Shown one piece after another: positions 18,938 to 29,030 of a DNA stretch of 64,000 nt. Made by a program: the position numbers and the translations under genes. The notes beneath the pieces were generated by a model that made no database searches, was not told the DNA's origin, and was given only the letters and a program-made list of their open reading frames with translations. How positions within the stretch are numbered: the first letter of the stretch is position 1; each line of letters begins with the position of its first letter. Source of the DNA: Candidatus Latescibacterota bacterium (GTDB taxonomy: Bacteria; Latescibacterota; CBDEFO01); NCBI GenBank assembly GCA_965248755.1, contig OZ252149.1:1888001-1952000 (forward strand), written 5' to 3'.

Positions 18938-19875
18938 GAGCGAAGGCTCTCGTAACTCTTATGTATATCTTGATGGGCATGGCGGTGCAGGAAGACGTCC
19001 TGGCTCGGGCAGATGTCCCGGCGCGGGAAGATGCGGACAAAGTAGAACTGAAGACTCCCCTAAAGACTCCCAATCGCTGCGTTGCGGCCAGCGGCGCCGT
19101 AGGGGTCGCAGACGGTTGGGCCGACCGCATCGACCACACGAAAACCGGTATCCAGCTTGTCCTGATTCCGGCAGGCAGCTTCTCGATGGGCTCAAGGCAG
19201 GCCAGAGGAGGAAACTTCCCCCCACATGAGGTAGATGTCAAATATCCTTTCTATGTAGGTAAGACCGAGGTCACAAACGCCGCTTACCGCAGCTTCCTTG
19301 ATGCAACTTCTTACAACGGGAAAGGGGATACCGACCCGGCCTACGACCTCTATCTTCGCCACTTTCGGGGAAAGAGTCTCATGTCCAGCGACGACGACTA
19401 CCCGATCGTGTGGATAAGCTGGAACAACGCAGTGGCATTCTGCAAATGGGCGGGACTGAAACTCCCTACTGAAGCCCAGTGGGAGTACGCCTGCCGCGCC
19501 GGCACCACCACGCCCTACTACTTTGGCCAAGACGACAAGAACGCCGGCGACTATGGGTGGTCCCATACGAACAGCGAAGCCCTGACCCACCCTGTAGCCC
19601 TGAAGAAGCCCAACGCCTGGGGCCTTTACGACACGCACGGCAATGTCTGGGAATGGGTGGAGGACGATTTCGTGGGGAACTACGATGGCGCCCCTGTTGA
19701 CGGCTCCGCGCTCATAGCGGGCAAGCTGACGAAGGCGCTGCGAGGGGGGTCGTGGAGCAACAATACCAGGTTCTATGTGAGCGGCAGCTCCGGACGCTTT
19801 AACACCGCCCCCGGTAACGCCTCAAACGATGTGGGCTTCAGAGTTGCCCTGCCCATCAACACACCTGCACATTAG
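18934..19875 (+). CDS. FGE-sulfatase domain protein, copy 4
   Basis: GTGA overlap; same motifs (YDTHGN variant) with an N-terminal insertion. Confidence 0.88.
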   Translation: MRAKALVTLMYILMGMAVQEDVLARADVPAREDADKVELKTPLKTPNRCVAASGAVGVADGWADRIDHTKTGIQLVLIPAGSFSMGSRQARGGNFPPHEVDVKYPFYVGKTEVTNAAYRSFLDATSYNGKGDTDPAYDLYLRHFRGKSLMSSDDDYPIVWISWNNAVAFCKWAGLKLPTEAQWEYACRAGTTTPYYFGQDDKNAGDYGWSHTNSEALTHPVALKKPNAWGLYDTHGNVWEWVEDDFVGNYDGAPVDGSALIAGKLTKALRGGSWSNNTRFYVSGSSGRFNTAPGNASNDVGFRVALPINTPAH

Positions 19876-19999
19876 AAGCGTCCAGTTCATAATGACCTAA
19901 ATTGAGTAACGTCATACTGTAGGGGGGAGGTCTGCCCCCGCAAGGTTGAATCAGGGGTCGTCCACTCGCCCCTGGACAATATCGCCTCTCTACGCCTCA

Positions 20000-20033
20000 G
20001 TCATTGCGAGGAGATTCACCCCGAAGCAATCTC
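20000..20033. repeat. REP-like family A (GTCATTGCGAG...CCGAAGCAATCTC)
   Basis: Further copies at 21880-21913, 32952-32985, ~35668-35695 (inverted), ~35712-35792, ~51282-51382; partial copies at ~9026, ~16090, ~16261, ~43296. Confidence 0.75.
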
Positions 20034-20098
20034 GCTTTTACCTTCTGAACTGTCAAGTTTGTTCACTGGCTGAACCTTAAAAACTGAAAGGAAGTGAC

Positions 20099-21829
20099 AT
20101 GCAATGCAACTATCTTTGCGCCATAAGTATTCTGTTTTGCATGGGGGCCGCTATGTTTGATGCCCCCTCTGCGGCAGAGGAACAGACCGAGATTCTGAAG
20201 ATCACAGTCGGCCAGCCGACCCACCTCAGCCGTCTCGTTTACCAGAACACGGCGTCTGTGATGGTGTCGCGCACGGGCGTCGTGGCGGCGTTCTATCCAA
20301 ATCTGGTGAGCAGGGGTCCGAAGAAATACCGGGTCTCTACCGACGGCGGGCACACATGGAGCCCGGAGATGAAAGGCCCGCCGCAGTTGGGGGGAGGCCA
20401 CGACAGCGGCACACTTCGAGACGGCGGCGTCATCATGGCGACTAACGATCCGCAGCTCTCGGCCAGTGGCAAAGAAGGCTGGTACGACGTCACGTTCGTG
20501 CGCTTTGCGGACGATATGCTCAGCTGGGAGTTCGAACTCGTCCAGATTTACCTGCCCAACGCCGGGCCGACCTCTCTGGACGTTAAAAACCCCGGCCTCT
20601 CAAAGGGCAAGATGGTGCAGCTTCCAAACGGCGACATGCTGGCGCCGATGTACGGAGGCTTCAAAGGCGACAGCGAAAATATCCATCGGGCGATCCTCGT
20701 CCGGTCAACAGATCAGGGACGCACCTGGGAGTTCTACGCCTCGATTGCATATGAGCCGGTGGATCCGCACCCGGAGCTTCCCGGCCAATATTGCGGCGCC
20801 GGAGAACCCAGCATCACGCTGTTGCCCAACGGAAAGATGGTGGCAATGCTGCGTACGCAATATTCGCACTTACCCAGCGAATACAAGCCCATGGCGGTGT
20901 GCTGGTCCGACGATCTGGGAGTGACATGGACTAAACCGGTAACTACCCAGCCGCACCTGTTGAACATCTCGCCAACGCTGGCGGCGCTGGACAACGGTGT
21001 GGTGGCCATCCAGTACGGTCGGCCGGGGTTTCATGTCGCCTTCAGCACGGACGACGGACATACATGGCGCGACCGTGTCAGCTTTTCCCATCTGCCCGAG
21101 CCTTTCATCACGGGTCAGTTCGACATGATCAAAGTCGGCCCCAACGAGCTGGTCGCTATCGGAAGCGACAAGGAAGGTGTGAAGGTGTGGCCGCTATCTG
21201 TTGAAAGGATCATGGTCTCGCCTGCGCGCGTCACTCTGACCGGCCGAGTGGTGGGTGAAGGACTTGCGCCGGTGGTGGGTGCGTTGGTCGAGCGAGGCCC
21301 CAACCGATATACGGCCGACGATTGGCTGGAGCACGCCACCAAATTGGGGCCATGGAAAGCAACCCCACTTACCATCGGCTCTCCGGCACTGGGATACAGA
21401 TCTATCCGAAAGGAGAACGGCTATCCAACAGTGCAGACGGACGAAGAAGGTGAGTTCCGGTTCGAGTCCGTCAAACTCGGCGAATATGTGCTGACAGTTG
21501 AAGCCGAGGGTTACGCCCCCGAGCAACGTCACATCAAGCTGGATCCGGAAGCCAGGCCGGAACACTTCAGGCTCAAGCCAGGGCAGCTCGTGCGCGGAAA
21601 GGTCGTGGATGAGCGCGGTAAAGCGGTAGGCGGCGTCTGCGTCGTGCTGAATCTCTGGCACTGCCATACCGACCCTGACGGATTCTACCACTGGTCGGTC
21701 GAACCCCCCGCGCCGGAGCAGGTGACCATGCGAGTCTACAAGCGGTACAGCGGTCAATACGAGACAGTCAAGGCAACAGTGCCGTTCTCGCAGCTGGAGC
21801 GCCAGCCGATCATTCTGCAGACCAGATAA
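20099..21829 (+). CDS. Exported BNR/Asp-box (sialidase-fold) protein with C-terminal carboxypeptidase-regulatory-like domains, paralogue 1
   Basis: Asp boxes STDGGHTW, STDQGRTW, SDDLGVTW, STDDGHTW; LTGRVV...TDEEGEFRF...GEYVLTVEAEGYAP. Confidence 0.8.
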   Translation: MQCNYLCAISILFCMGAAMFDAPSAAEEQTEILKITVGQPTHLSRLVYQNTASVMVSRTGVVAAFYPNLVSRGPKKYRVSTDGGHTWSPEMKGPPQLGGGHDSGTLRDGGVIMATNDPQLSASGKEGWYDVTFVRFADDMLSWEFELVQIYLPNAGPTSLDVKNPGLSKGKMVQLPNGDMLAPMYGGFKGDSENIHRAILVRSTDQGRTWEFYASIAYEPVDPHPELPGQYCGAGEPSITLLPNGKMVAMLRTQYSHLPSEYKPMAVCWSDDLGVTWTKPVTTQPHLLNISPTLAALDNGVVAIQYGRPGFHVAFSTDDGHTWRDRVSFSHLPEPFITGQFDMIKVGPNELVAIGSDKEGVKVWPLSVERIMVSPARVTLTGRVVGEGLAPVVGALVERGPNRYTADDWLEHATKLGPWKATPLTIGSPALGYRSIRKENGYPTVQTDEEGEFRFESVKLGEYVLTVEAEGYAPEQRHIKLDPEARPEHFRLKPGQLVRGKVVDERGKAVGGVCVVLNLWHCHTDPDGFYHWSVEPPAPEQVTMRVYKRYSGQYETVKATVPFSQLERQPIILQTR

Positions 21830-21957
21830 CTCGACAGCCAGATTTGGCGGTCAAGAAGGCAAAACACCTCTTACCTCCAGTCATTGCGAGGGGACTCGCT
21901 CCGAAGCAATCTCGGAGGAATTGTTCCTTGATTCCTTAGCCGATAGGACCAACAGAT

Positions 21958-23310
21958 ATGAGAGCATGTTCAAAAGTTTTCGTGATTGCATTCCTATCTT
22001 TGTCATTTGCTGGAAGTGCTTTTGCTCAAGATACATCATGGGTAGAAACATTATGGAAAGAAACATTGTGGAAAACAGTAATTGAAAAGGCAATAACACT
22101 CTACCAACAAGGTCAGTATGAGGAAGCAGTTGAGTTTGCCAAAGATGCTTTGAAAATAGCTGAGGAAAGTTTCGGTCCAGACCATCCCGATGTGGCGACC
22201 TCCTTGGACAATCTGGCGGGACTTTATCAAGCTCAGGGCAAGTATGCCGAGGCTGAGCCCCTTCAGAAGCGGGCACTGGCAATATGGGAGAAAGCTCGTG
22301 GAAAAGACCATCCCAGTGTGGCGGCCACCCTGAACAATCTGGCGTTACTTTACCAAACTCAGGGTAAGTATGTCGAGGCTGAGCCGCTTTACAAGCGAGC
22401 ACTGGAAATAGTAGAAAAAGCTCTTGGCCAAGACCATCCCGATGTGGCGACCTCCCTGAACAATCTGGCGGAACTTTACAGAGCTCAGGGCAAGTATGTC
22501 GAAGCTGAGCCCCTATACAAGCGGTCACTGGCAATATGGGAAGAAACCCTTGGCCAAGACCATCCTGATGTGGCTTACTCCCTGAGCGGTCTGGCGTTAC
22601 TTTACCAAGCCCAGGGCAAGTATGCCGAAGCTGAGCCGCTGTACAAGACAGCACTGGCAATAAGGGAAGAAGTCCTTGCCAAAGATCACCCCTATGTGGC
22701 GACTTCCCTGAACAATCTGGGGGCACTTTACCAAGCTCAGGGCAAGTATGCCGAGGCTGAGCCCCTGTACAAGAGAGCACTGGCAATATTGGAAAAAGCC
22801 CTTGGAAAAGACCATCCCGATGTGGCGCAATCCTTGAACAATCTGGCGTTACTTTATAAGACTCAGGGCAACTATGTCGAGGCTGAGCCCCTTTATAAGC
22901 GGTCACTGGCAATAATAGAAAAAGGCCTTGGAAAAGACCACCCCGATGTGGCGCAATTCCTGAACAATCTGGCGACACTGTATCATTCCCAGGGCAAGTA
23001 TGTCGAGGCTGAGCCCCTTCTCAAGCAAGCCTTGACAATATACGAGAAGGTCCTTGGAAAAGACCACCCCGATGTGGCGACCTCCGTAAATAATCTGGCG
23101 GAACTTTACAGAGCTCAGGGAAAGTATGCTGAAGCTGAGCCCCTTTACAAGCGGTCACTGGCAATATGGGAAAAAGCTCTTGGAAAAGACCATCCGCACG
23201 TGGCGACTGTGCTGGAGAATATGGTGGAGCCTTACGAGAAGATTGGAAAGGAAGATGAAGCCAAAAGTTTGGAAGAGCGTGCAGAAGGAATTCGTTCAAG
23301 AAACCAGTAA
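21958..23310 (+). CDS. Secreted 42-aa TPR (kinesin-light-chain-like) protein 1; 8 internal repeats
   Basis: Signal peptide AFA-Q, N-cap, 8 x HPxVAxSLNNLAxLYxxQGKY..., 39-aa C-cap ending RSRNQ. Confidence 0.95.
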   Translation: MRACSKVFVIAFLSLSFAGSAFAQDTSWVETLWKETLWKTVIEKAITLYQQGQYEEAVEFAKDALKIAEESFGPDHPDVATSLDNLAGLYQAQGKYAEAEPLQKRALAIWEKARGKDHPSVAATLNNLALLYQTQGKYVEAEPLYKRALEIVEKALGQDHPDVATSLNNLAELYRAQGKYVEAEPLYKRSLAIWEETLGQDHPDVAYSLSGLALLYQAQGKYAEAEPLYKTALAIREEVLAKDHPYVATSLNNLGALYQAQGKYAEAEPLYKRALAILEKALGKDHPDVAQSLNNLALLYKTQGNYVEAEPLYKRSLAIIEKGLGKDHPDVAQFLNNLATLYHSQGKYVEAEPLLKQALTIYEKVLGKDHPDVATSVNNLAELYRAQGKYAEAEPLYKRSLAIWEKALGKDHPHVATVLENMVEPYEKIGKEDEAKSLEERAEGIRSRNQ

Positions 23311-23415
23311 TGGCAATGCTGCCATCTTTTTCCCGCCGTGGTGAACGTGAACAGCAACGACAGCAATCTCGCAGGAACTCTTCGTTGATTCCTTGAACCG
23401 AAGGGAACACCAGAT

Positions 23416-25242
23416 ATGAAAGTATTTTCAAAAGTTTTCGTGATTGCATCCCTATGTTTGTCGTTTGCCGCAACTGCTTTTCCCCAAGAAACATCATGGG
23501 AAACACTAAACAAAAAGGTAACAAGACTCTACCAACAAGGTCGGTATGAGGAAGGTGTTAAGTTTGCCAAAGAGGCTTTGAAAATAGCTGAGGAAGCTTT
23601 CGGTCCAGACCATCCCCGTGTGGCAACCTCTCTGAACGCTCTGGCGTTACTTTATGATTCCCAGGGCAAGTATGTCGAAGCTGAGCCCCTTAACAAGCGA
23701 GCACTGGAAATAAGGGAAGAAGCCCTTGGAAAAGACCATCCTGCAGTGGCGCAATCCCTGAACAATCTGGCAGAGGTTTATCATTCTCAGGGCAAGTATG
23801 TCGAAGCTGAGCCCCTTCATAAGCACGCACTGGAAATAAGGGAAGAAGCCCTTGGAAAAGACCATCCCAATGTGGCGACCTCCCTGAACAATCTCGCGGG
23901 ACTCTACAAAGTGCAGGGCAAGTATGTCGAAGCTGAGCATCTTTATGAGCGGGCACTGGCAATATGGGAAAGAGCCCTTGGAAAAGACCATCCCAGAGTG
24001 GCGACCTCCCTGAACAATCTGGCATTGCTTTATAATACCCAGGGAAAGTATGCCGAGGCTGAGCCGCTTTACAAGCGAGCACTGACAATAAAGGAAGAAG
24101 CTCTTGGAAAAGACCATCCCTATGTGGCGACCTCCCTGAACAATCTGGGGAAACTTTATCATTCGCAGGGCAAGTATGTCGAGGCAGAACCTCTTTATAA
24201 GCGGTCATTGGCAATAGTAGAAAAAGCTCTTGGGAAAGACCATCCCTATGTAGCGCAATCCCTGAACAATCTGGCGGCACTTTACCAAGCTAATGGCAAG
24301 TATGCCGAGGCTGAGCCCCTTAACAAGCGGGCACTGGCAATATGGGAAAAAGCTCTTGGAAAAGATCATCCCGATGTGGCGACCTCACTGAACAATCTGG
24401 CGGAACTTTACAGAACTCAGGGCAGGTATATCGAGGCTGAGCCACTTTACAAGCGGTCACTGGCAATAGATGAGAAGGCACTTGGGAAAGACCATCCCAG
24501 TGTAGCAACCTCGCTGAACAATCTGGCGGGACTTTACAGAGATCAGGGAAAGCATGCCGATGCTGAGCCACTTTACAAGCGAGCACTGGCAATAAGGGAA
24601 GAAGCTCTTGGAAAAGACCATCCCGACATGGCGCAAGCCCTGCACAATCTGGCAGATCTTTACAGGTCTCAGCGCAAGTATGTGGAGGCTGAGCGACTTT
24701 ACAAGCGAGCACTGGCAACATACGAGAAGACCCTTGGAAAAGACCATCCTGGGGTGGCGACAGCCCTGGGTAATCTGGCGAACCTTTACAAGTCTCAGGG
24801 CAAGCATGTCGCGGCTGAGCCCCTTTACAAGCGGTCAATTGCAATATACGAGAAAGTCCTTGGAAAAGACCATCCCGAAGTTGCGACATCCCTGAACGAT
24901 CTGGCGGGACTTTACGAAGCCCAGGGTAAGTATGCCGATGCTGAGCCACTTTACAAGCGAGCACTGGCAATATACGAGAAATTTCTTGGAAAAGACCATC
25001 CCTATGTGGCGACATCCCTGCACAATCTGGCTGGACTTTACACGGCTCAGGGCAAGTATGTCGAGGCTGAGTCTCTTTACAAGAGAGCGCTGGAAATAAT
25101 CGAGAAAGCCCTTGGAAAAGACCACCCCAACCTGGCGACTACCCTCGCGAACATGGCAGATCTTTACAAGAAGATTGGAAAGAATGACGAAGGGAAAAGG
25201 TTGGAAGAGCGTGCAGAAGGTATTCGTTCAAGAAACCAATGA
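23416..25242 (+). CDS. TPR protein 2; 12 internal repeats
   Basis: 65 + 12x42 + 39 = 608 aa; signal FAATAFPQ. Confidence 0.95.
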   Translation: MKVFSKVFVIASLCLSFAATAFPQETSWETLNKKVTRLYQQGRYEEGVKFAKEALKIAEEAFGPDHPRVATSLNALALLYDSQGKYVEAEPLNKRALEIREEALGKDHPAVAQSLNNLAEVYHSQGKYVEAEPLHKHALEIREEALGKDHPNVATSLNNLAGLYKVQGKYVEAEHLYERALAIWERALGKDHPRVATSLNNLALLYNTQGKYAEAEPLYKRALTIKEEALGKDHPYVATSLNNLGKLYHSQGKYVEAEPLYKRSLAIVEKALGKDHPYVAQSLNNLAALYQANGKYAEAEPLNKRALAIWEKALGKDHPDVATSLNNLAELYRTQGRYIEAEPLYKRSLAIDEKALGKDHPSVATSLNNLAGLYRDQGKHADAEPLYKRALAIREEALGKDHPDMAQALHNLADLYRSQRKYVEAERLYKRALATYEKTLGKDHPGVATALGNLANLYKSQGKHVAAEPLYKRSIAIYEKVLGKDHPEVATSLNDLAGLYEAQGKYADAEPLYKRALAIYEKFLGKDHPYVATSLHNLAGLYTAQGKYVEAESLYKRALEIIEKALGKDHPNLATTLANMADLYKKIGKNDEGKRLEERAEGIRSRNQ

Positions 25243-25346
25243 TGGCAATGCTGCCATCTGTTTCCCGCCGTGGTGAACGTTAACAGCAACGACGGCAATC
25301 TCGGAGGAATTGTTCCTTGATTCCTTAGCCGATAGGAACAACAGAT

Positions 25347-26420
25347 ATGAGAGCATTTTCAAAAGTTTTCGTGATTGCATCCCTATGTTTGACCTTTGCC
25401 GCAAACTGCTCTTCCCCAGAAAGATCTGAATGGGAAAGACTAAACGAAAAGGCAGAAAGCCTCTACGAACAAGGTAGATATGAGGAAGCAGTTAAGTTTG
25501 CCAAAGAGGCTTTGCAAATAGCTGAGGAAAGTTTCGCTCCAGACCATCCCGAGGTGGCATTCCCCCTGAACAATCTGGCGGTACTATATAAGACTCAGGG
25601 CAAGTATGTCGAGGCTGAGCCACTTTATGAGCGAGCACTGGCAATTAGGGAAGAAGCCTTTGGAAAAGACCATCCCGATGTGGCGCAATCCCTGAACAAT
25701 CTGGCGGTACTTTATGATTCGCAGGGCAAGTATGCCGAGGCTGAGCCCCTTTACAAGCGGTCACTCGCAATATGGGAAAAAGCCCTTGGCAAAGACCATC
25801 CAGGTGTGGCAACCTCCCTGAACAATCTGGCGGTACTTTATGATTCGCAGGGCAAGTATGCCGAGGCTGAACCCCTTTATAAGCGTTCACTGGCAATATT
25901 GGAAGAAGCCCTTGGAAAAGACCATCCCGATGTGGCGCAATCTCTGAATAATCTGGCGTTACTTTATAAGACTCAGGGCAACTATGTCGAGGCTGAGCCC
26001 CTTTACAAGAGGTCACTGGCAATATTGGAAAAAGCCCTTGGAAACGATCACCCGTATGTGGCGACTTCCCTGAACAATCTGGCGGAACTTTACAGAACTC
26101 AGGGCAAGTATGACGACGCTGAGCCCCTTCATAAGCGAGCACTGGCAATAGGGGGAAAAACCCTTGGGAAAGACCACCCTGATGTCGCTAACTCCCTGAA
26201 CAATCTGGCGGCACTTTATTATTCTCAGGGCAAGTATGATGAGGCTGAGCCCCTTTACAAGCGAGCACTGGCAATAATGGAAAAAGCTCTTGGTAAAGCT
26301 CATCCTGATGTGGCGGATGTGTTGGAGAATATGTCAGAGCTTTACGAGAAGATTGGAAAGGAAGATGAAGCCAAAAGGTTGGAAGGGCGTGCAAGAGGAA
26401 TTCGTTCAAGAAACCAGTGA
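25347..26420 (+). CDS. TPR protein 3; 6 internal repeats; possible lipoprotein
   Basis: 66 + 6x42 + 39 = 357 aa; signal FAANCSS. Confidence 0.95.
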   Translation: MRAFSKVFVIASLCLTFAANCSSPERSEWERLNEKAESLYEQGRYEEAVKFAKEALQIAEESFAPDHPEVAFPLNNLAVLYKTQGKYVEAEPLYERALAIREEAFGKDHPDVAQSLNNLAVLYDSQGKYAEAEPLYKRSLAIWEKALGKDHPGVATSLNNLAVLYDSQGKYAEAEPLYKRSLAILEEALGKDHPDVAQSLNNLALLYKTQGNYVEAEPLYKRSLAILEKALGNDHPYVATSLNNLAELYRTQGKYDDAEPLHKRALAIGGKTLGKDHPDVANSLNNLAALYYSQGKYDEAEPLYKRALAIMEKALGKAHPDVADVLENMSELYEKIGKEDEAKRLEGRARGIRSRNQ

Positions 26421-26526
26421 TGGCAATGCGGCCATCTGTTTCCCGCAGTTATGAACGTGAACAGCAACGACGGCAATGTGAGCAGGAATTCTTCCTTGAT
26501 TCCTTGAACCGAAGGGAACACCAGAT

Positions 26527-27978
26527 ATGAGAGTATTTTCAAAAGTTTTCGTGATTGCATCCCTATGTTTGTCGTTTGCCGCAACTGCTTTTCCCCAAGA
26601 AACATCTGAATGGGAAAGACTAAACGAAAAGGCAACAACACTCTACGAACAAGGACAGTATGAGGAAGCGGTTAAGTTTGCCAAAGAGGCTTTGAAAATA
26701 GCTGAGGAAACTTTCGGTCCAGACCATCCCGATGTGGCGACCTCCCTGAACAATCTGGCGGAGTTTTACAGAACTCAGGGCAAGTATGTCGAGGCTGAGC
26801 CTCTTCACAAGCGGTCACTGGCAATAAGGGAGAAAGCCCTTGGCAAAGACCATCCTGATGTGGCGAACTCCCTGAACAATCTGGCGGGACTTTATGATTC
26901 ACAGGGCAAGTATGCCGAGGCTGAGCCACTTTACAAGCGGTCACTGGCAATAAGGGAGAAAGCCCTTGGCAAAGACCATCCTGATGTGGCGAACTCCCTG
27001 AACAATCTGGCGGGACTTTATGATTCACAGGGCAAGTATGTCGAGGCTGAGCCTCTTCACAAGAGGTCACTGGCAATAAGGGAGAAAGCCCTTGGCAAAG
27101 ACCATCCTGATGTGGCGACCTCCCTGAACAATCTGGGGGGACTTTATAAAACTCAGGGCAAGTATGTCGAGGCTGAACCGCTTTACAAGCGAGCACTGGC
27201 AATAGTAGAAAAAGCTCTTGGCAAAGGCCACCCCTATGTGGCGACCTCCCTGAACAATCTGGCGTTACTTTATGATTCTCAGGGCAAGTATGCCGAGGCT
27301 ATTCCCCTTCACAAGCGGGCACTGGCAATAAGGGAAGAAACCCTTGGCAAAGACCATCCCGATGTGGCGAACTCCCTGAACAATCTGGCGTTACTTTATG
27401 ATTCTCAGGGCAAGTATGCCGAGGCTGAACCGCTTTACAAGCGAGCACTGGCAATAGTAGAAAAAGCTCTTGGCAAAGACCACCCCTATGTGGCATTCCC
27501 CCTGAACAATCTGGCGTTACTTTATGATTCTCAGGGCAAGTATGCCGAGGCTGAACCGCTTTACAAGCGAGCACTGGCAATAAGGGAAGAAACCCTTGGG
27601 AAAGACCATCCCGATGTGGCGCAATCCCTGAACAATCTGGCGGAACGTTTCAGAACTCAGGGCAAGTATGCCGAAGCTGAACCCCTTTACAAGCGAGCAC
27701 TGGCAATATACGAGAAAGCTCTTGGGAAAGACCATCCCGATGTGGCGACCTCCCTGAACAATCTGGGGGGACTTTATAAAACTCAGGGCAAGTATGCTGA
27801 GGCTGAGCCCCTTGTTAAGCGAGCACTGGCAATAGTAGAAAAAGCTCTTGGGAAAGACCATCCGCACGTGGCGACTGTGCTGGAGAACATGGCAGTGTTC
27901 TACATAGAGATTGGAAAGGAAGATGAAGCAAAAAGGTTGGGGGAACGTGCACAAGGAATTCGTTCAAGAAACCAGTGA
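26527..27978 (+). CDS. TPR protein 4; 9 internal repeats
   Basis: 66 + 9x42 + 39 = 483 aa; signal FAATAFPQ. Confidence 0.95.
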   Translation: MRVFSKVFVIASLCLSFAATAFPQETSEWERLNEKATTLYEQGQYEEAVKFAKEALKIAEETFGPDHPDVATSLNNLAEFYRTQGKYVEAEPLHKRSLAIREKALGKDHPDVANSLNNLAGLYDSQGKYAEAEPLYKRSLAIREKALGKDHPDVANSLNNLAGLYDSQGKYVEAEPLHKRSLAIREKALGKDHPDVATSLNNLGGLYKTQGKYVEAEPLYKRALAIVEKALGKGHPYVATSLNNLALLYDSQGKYAEAIPLHKRALAIREETLGKDHPDVANSLNNLALLYDSQGKYAEAEPLYKRALAIVEKALGKDHPYVAFPLNNLALLYDSQGKYAEAEPLYKRALAIREETLGKDHPDVAQSLNNLAERFRTQGKYAEAEPLYKRALAIYEKALGKDHPDVATSLNNLGGLYKTQGKYAEAEPLVKRALAIVEKALGKDHPHVATVLENMAVFYIEIGKEDEAKRLGERAQGIRSRNQ

Positions 27979-28082
27979 TGGCAATGCGGCCATCTGTTTC
28001 CCGCAGTGGTGAACGTGAACGGCAACGACGGCAATCTCGGAGGAATTGTTCCTTGATTCCTTAGCCGATAGGAGCACCAGAT

Positions 28083-29030
28083 ATGAGAGTATTTTCAAAA
28101 GTTTTCGTGATTCCATTCCTATGTTTGACCTTTGCCGCAAACTGCTCTTCCCCAGAAACATCTGAATGGGAAAGACTAAACGAAAAGGCAACAAGCCTCT
28201 ACCAACAAGGTCAGTATGAGGAAGCAGTTAAGTTTGCCAAAGAGGCTTTGAAAATAGCTGAGGAAAGTTTCGGTCCAGACAAGCCCAATGTGGTGCAATC
28301 CCTGAACAATCTGGCGAGACTTTATTATTCTCAGGGCAAGTATGCCGAGGCTGAACCCCTTTACGCGCGAGCGCTGGCCATAGAGGAAGAAGCCCATGGA
28401 AAAGACCATCCCCACGTGGCCGCCTCCTTGAACAATCTGGCGGCACTTTATTATTCCCAGGGCAAGTATGCCGAGGCTGAACCCCTTTACGCGCGAGCGC
28501 TGGCCATAGAGGAAGAAACCCTTGGAAAAGAACATCCCGATGTGGCGACCTCCCTGAACAATCTGGGGGCACTTTACAGAGCTCAGGGCAAGTATGTCGA
28601 GGCTGAGCCCCTTTACAAGCGTTCACTGGCAATAAGGAAAAAAGCACTTGGCAAAGACCACCCTGATGTAGCGCAATTCCTGAACAATCTGGCGGAACTT
28701 TACAAAGCTCAGGGCAAGTATGTCGAGGCTGAGCCCCTTTATCAGCAAGCACTGGCAATAGTAGAAAAAGCTCTTGGAAAAGACCATACCAATGTGGCGT
28801 TCTGCCTGCTCGGTCTGGCGGAACTTTACAAAGACCAAAACAAGTATGCTGAGGCTGAGCCCTTTTTCAAGAGAGCACTGGCAATATACGAGAAGGCCCT
28901 TGGGAAAGACCATACCGATGTGGCGACTGTGTTGGAGAATCTGGCGGAGTGTTACAGGGAAATTGGAAAGGAAGATGAAGCCAAAAGGTTGGAAGAGCGT
29001 GCAGAAGGAATTCGTTCAAGAAACCAATGA
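28083..29030 (+). CDS. TPR protein 5; 5 internal repeats; possible lipoprotein
   Basis: 66 + 5x42 + 39 = 315 aa; signal FAANCSS. Confidence 0.95.
   Translation: MRVFSKVFVIPFLCLTFAANCSSPETSEWERLNEKATSLYQQGQYEEAVKFAKEALKIAEESFGPDKPNVVQSLNNLARLYYSQGKYAEAEPLYARALAIEEEAHGKDHPHVAASLNNLAALYYSQGKYAEAEPLYARALAIEEETLGKEHPDVATSLNNLGALYRAQGKYVEAEPLYKRSLAIRKKALGKDHPDVAQFLNNLAELYKAQGKYVEAEPLYQQALAIVEKALGKDHTNVAFCLLGLAELYKDQNKYAEAEPFFKRALAIYEKALGKDHTDVATVLENLAECYREIGKEDEAKRLEERAEGIRSRNQ

Noticed and set aside
7963..19875. FGE genes as true formylglycine-generating enzymes or a complete DGR
   Set aside because: No catalytic Cys pair near RGGSW, no sulfatase nearby, and no RT or template repeat in the window
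23311..23415. TPR spacers as integron attC sites
   Set aside because: No AAC...GTT terminal boxes or long palindrome
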